Shown in pieces: positions 63,808 through 64,000 of a DNA stretch of 64,000 nt. The DNA is from Magallana gigas. Its lineage: Eukaryota. The notes under the pieces are model-generated. The model saw only the letters and a list, made by a program, of their open reading frames with translations. It had not been told where the DNA came from and ran no database searches. A program made the translations under genes and the position numbers. The stretch spans positions 15,438,001 to 15,502,000 of the forward strand of contig NC_088857.1 in assembly GCF_963853765.1 (NCBI RefSeq). The letters are read 5' to 3'. How positions within the stretch are numbered: position 1 is the stretch's first letter; every line of letters starts with the position of its first letter.

Positions 63808-64000
63808 CTACGTGCCAGCTGGAATGGTACCGTATTGGTCGTTGTTCAATATACTGTTGTCTACTTTGCCTAGATTATTGTGGGTACTATAATCGTAAGT
63901 TTTATCGCAGTCAAAATCTTTGGATGTATTATAGACATCACTACCGATATTGGTGACATCAGCACATGATATGCTTACGTCATACACATTCACATCACCA
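63808..64000 (-). CDS. C-terminal end of a gene entering from beyond the window; Tyr/Asp/Asn-rich tail typical of receptor cytoplasmic ends
   Basis: Open frame from the window edge: GDVNVYDVSISCADVTNIGSDVYNTSKDFDCDKTYDYSTHNNLGKVDNSILNNDQYGTIPAGT*; higher GC than the flanks. Confidence 0.5.
   Translation of the reverse strand, partial: GDVNVYDVSISCADVTNIGSDVYNTSKDFDCDKTYDYSTHNNLGKVDNSILNNDQYGTIPAGT

Overview
AT-rich, intron-rich animal genomic DNA. It is probably a bivalve such as an oyster; this is an inference from the repeat types and abundant TACATGTA. I assembled exons by hand from GT-AG boundaries and checked that reading phases match. Left to right: (1) 3' end of an unknown + strand gene; (2) a complete 29-exon - strand unconventional myosin (~1227 aa) whose tail is a Smad MH2-like domain; (3) a - strand gene with a long Ser/Pro/Lys-rich region and a C-terminal LRRC73-like LRR domain (~1113 aa); (4) ERICH3 (- strand, DUF4590 plus a 4.4-kb acidic terminal exon, ~1997 aa), which can be spliced in frame onto gene 3; (5) a ~10.9-kb segment (47868-58808) bounded by 64-bp inverted repeats (54/64 identical), lying between head-to-head ERICH3 and HACD; (6) a complete HACD gene; (7) the 3' end of another - strand ORF. 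Segment 5 carries two convergent spliced genes: a divergent NRF1/EWG-type DNA-binding-domain protein and a SWIM-finger-like protein. Its inverted repeats contain NRF1-type GCATGCGC sites. Several MITEs, a 31-bp minisatellite and microsatellites are also present. The strongest novelty candidates are the inverted-repeat-bounded NRF1-like/SWIM element, the myosin-MH2 fusion and the ERICH3/LRR splicing architecture.
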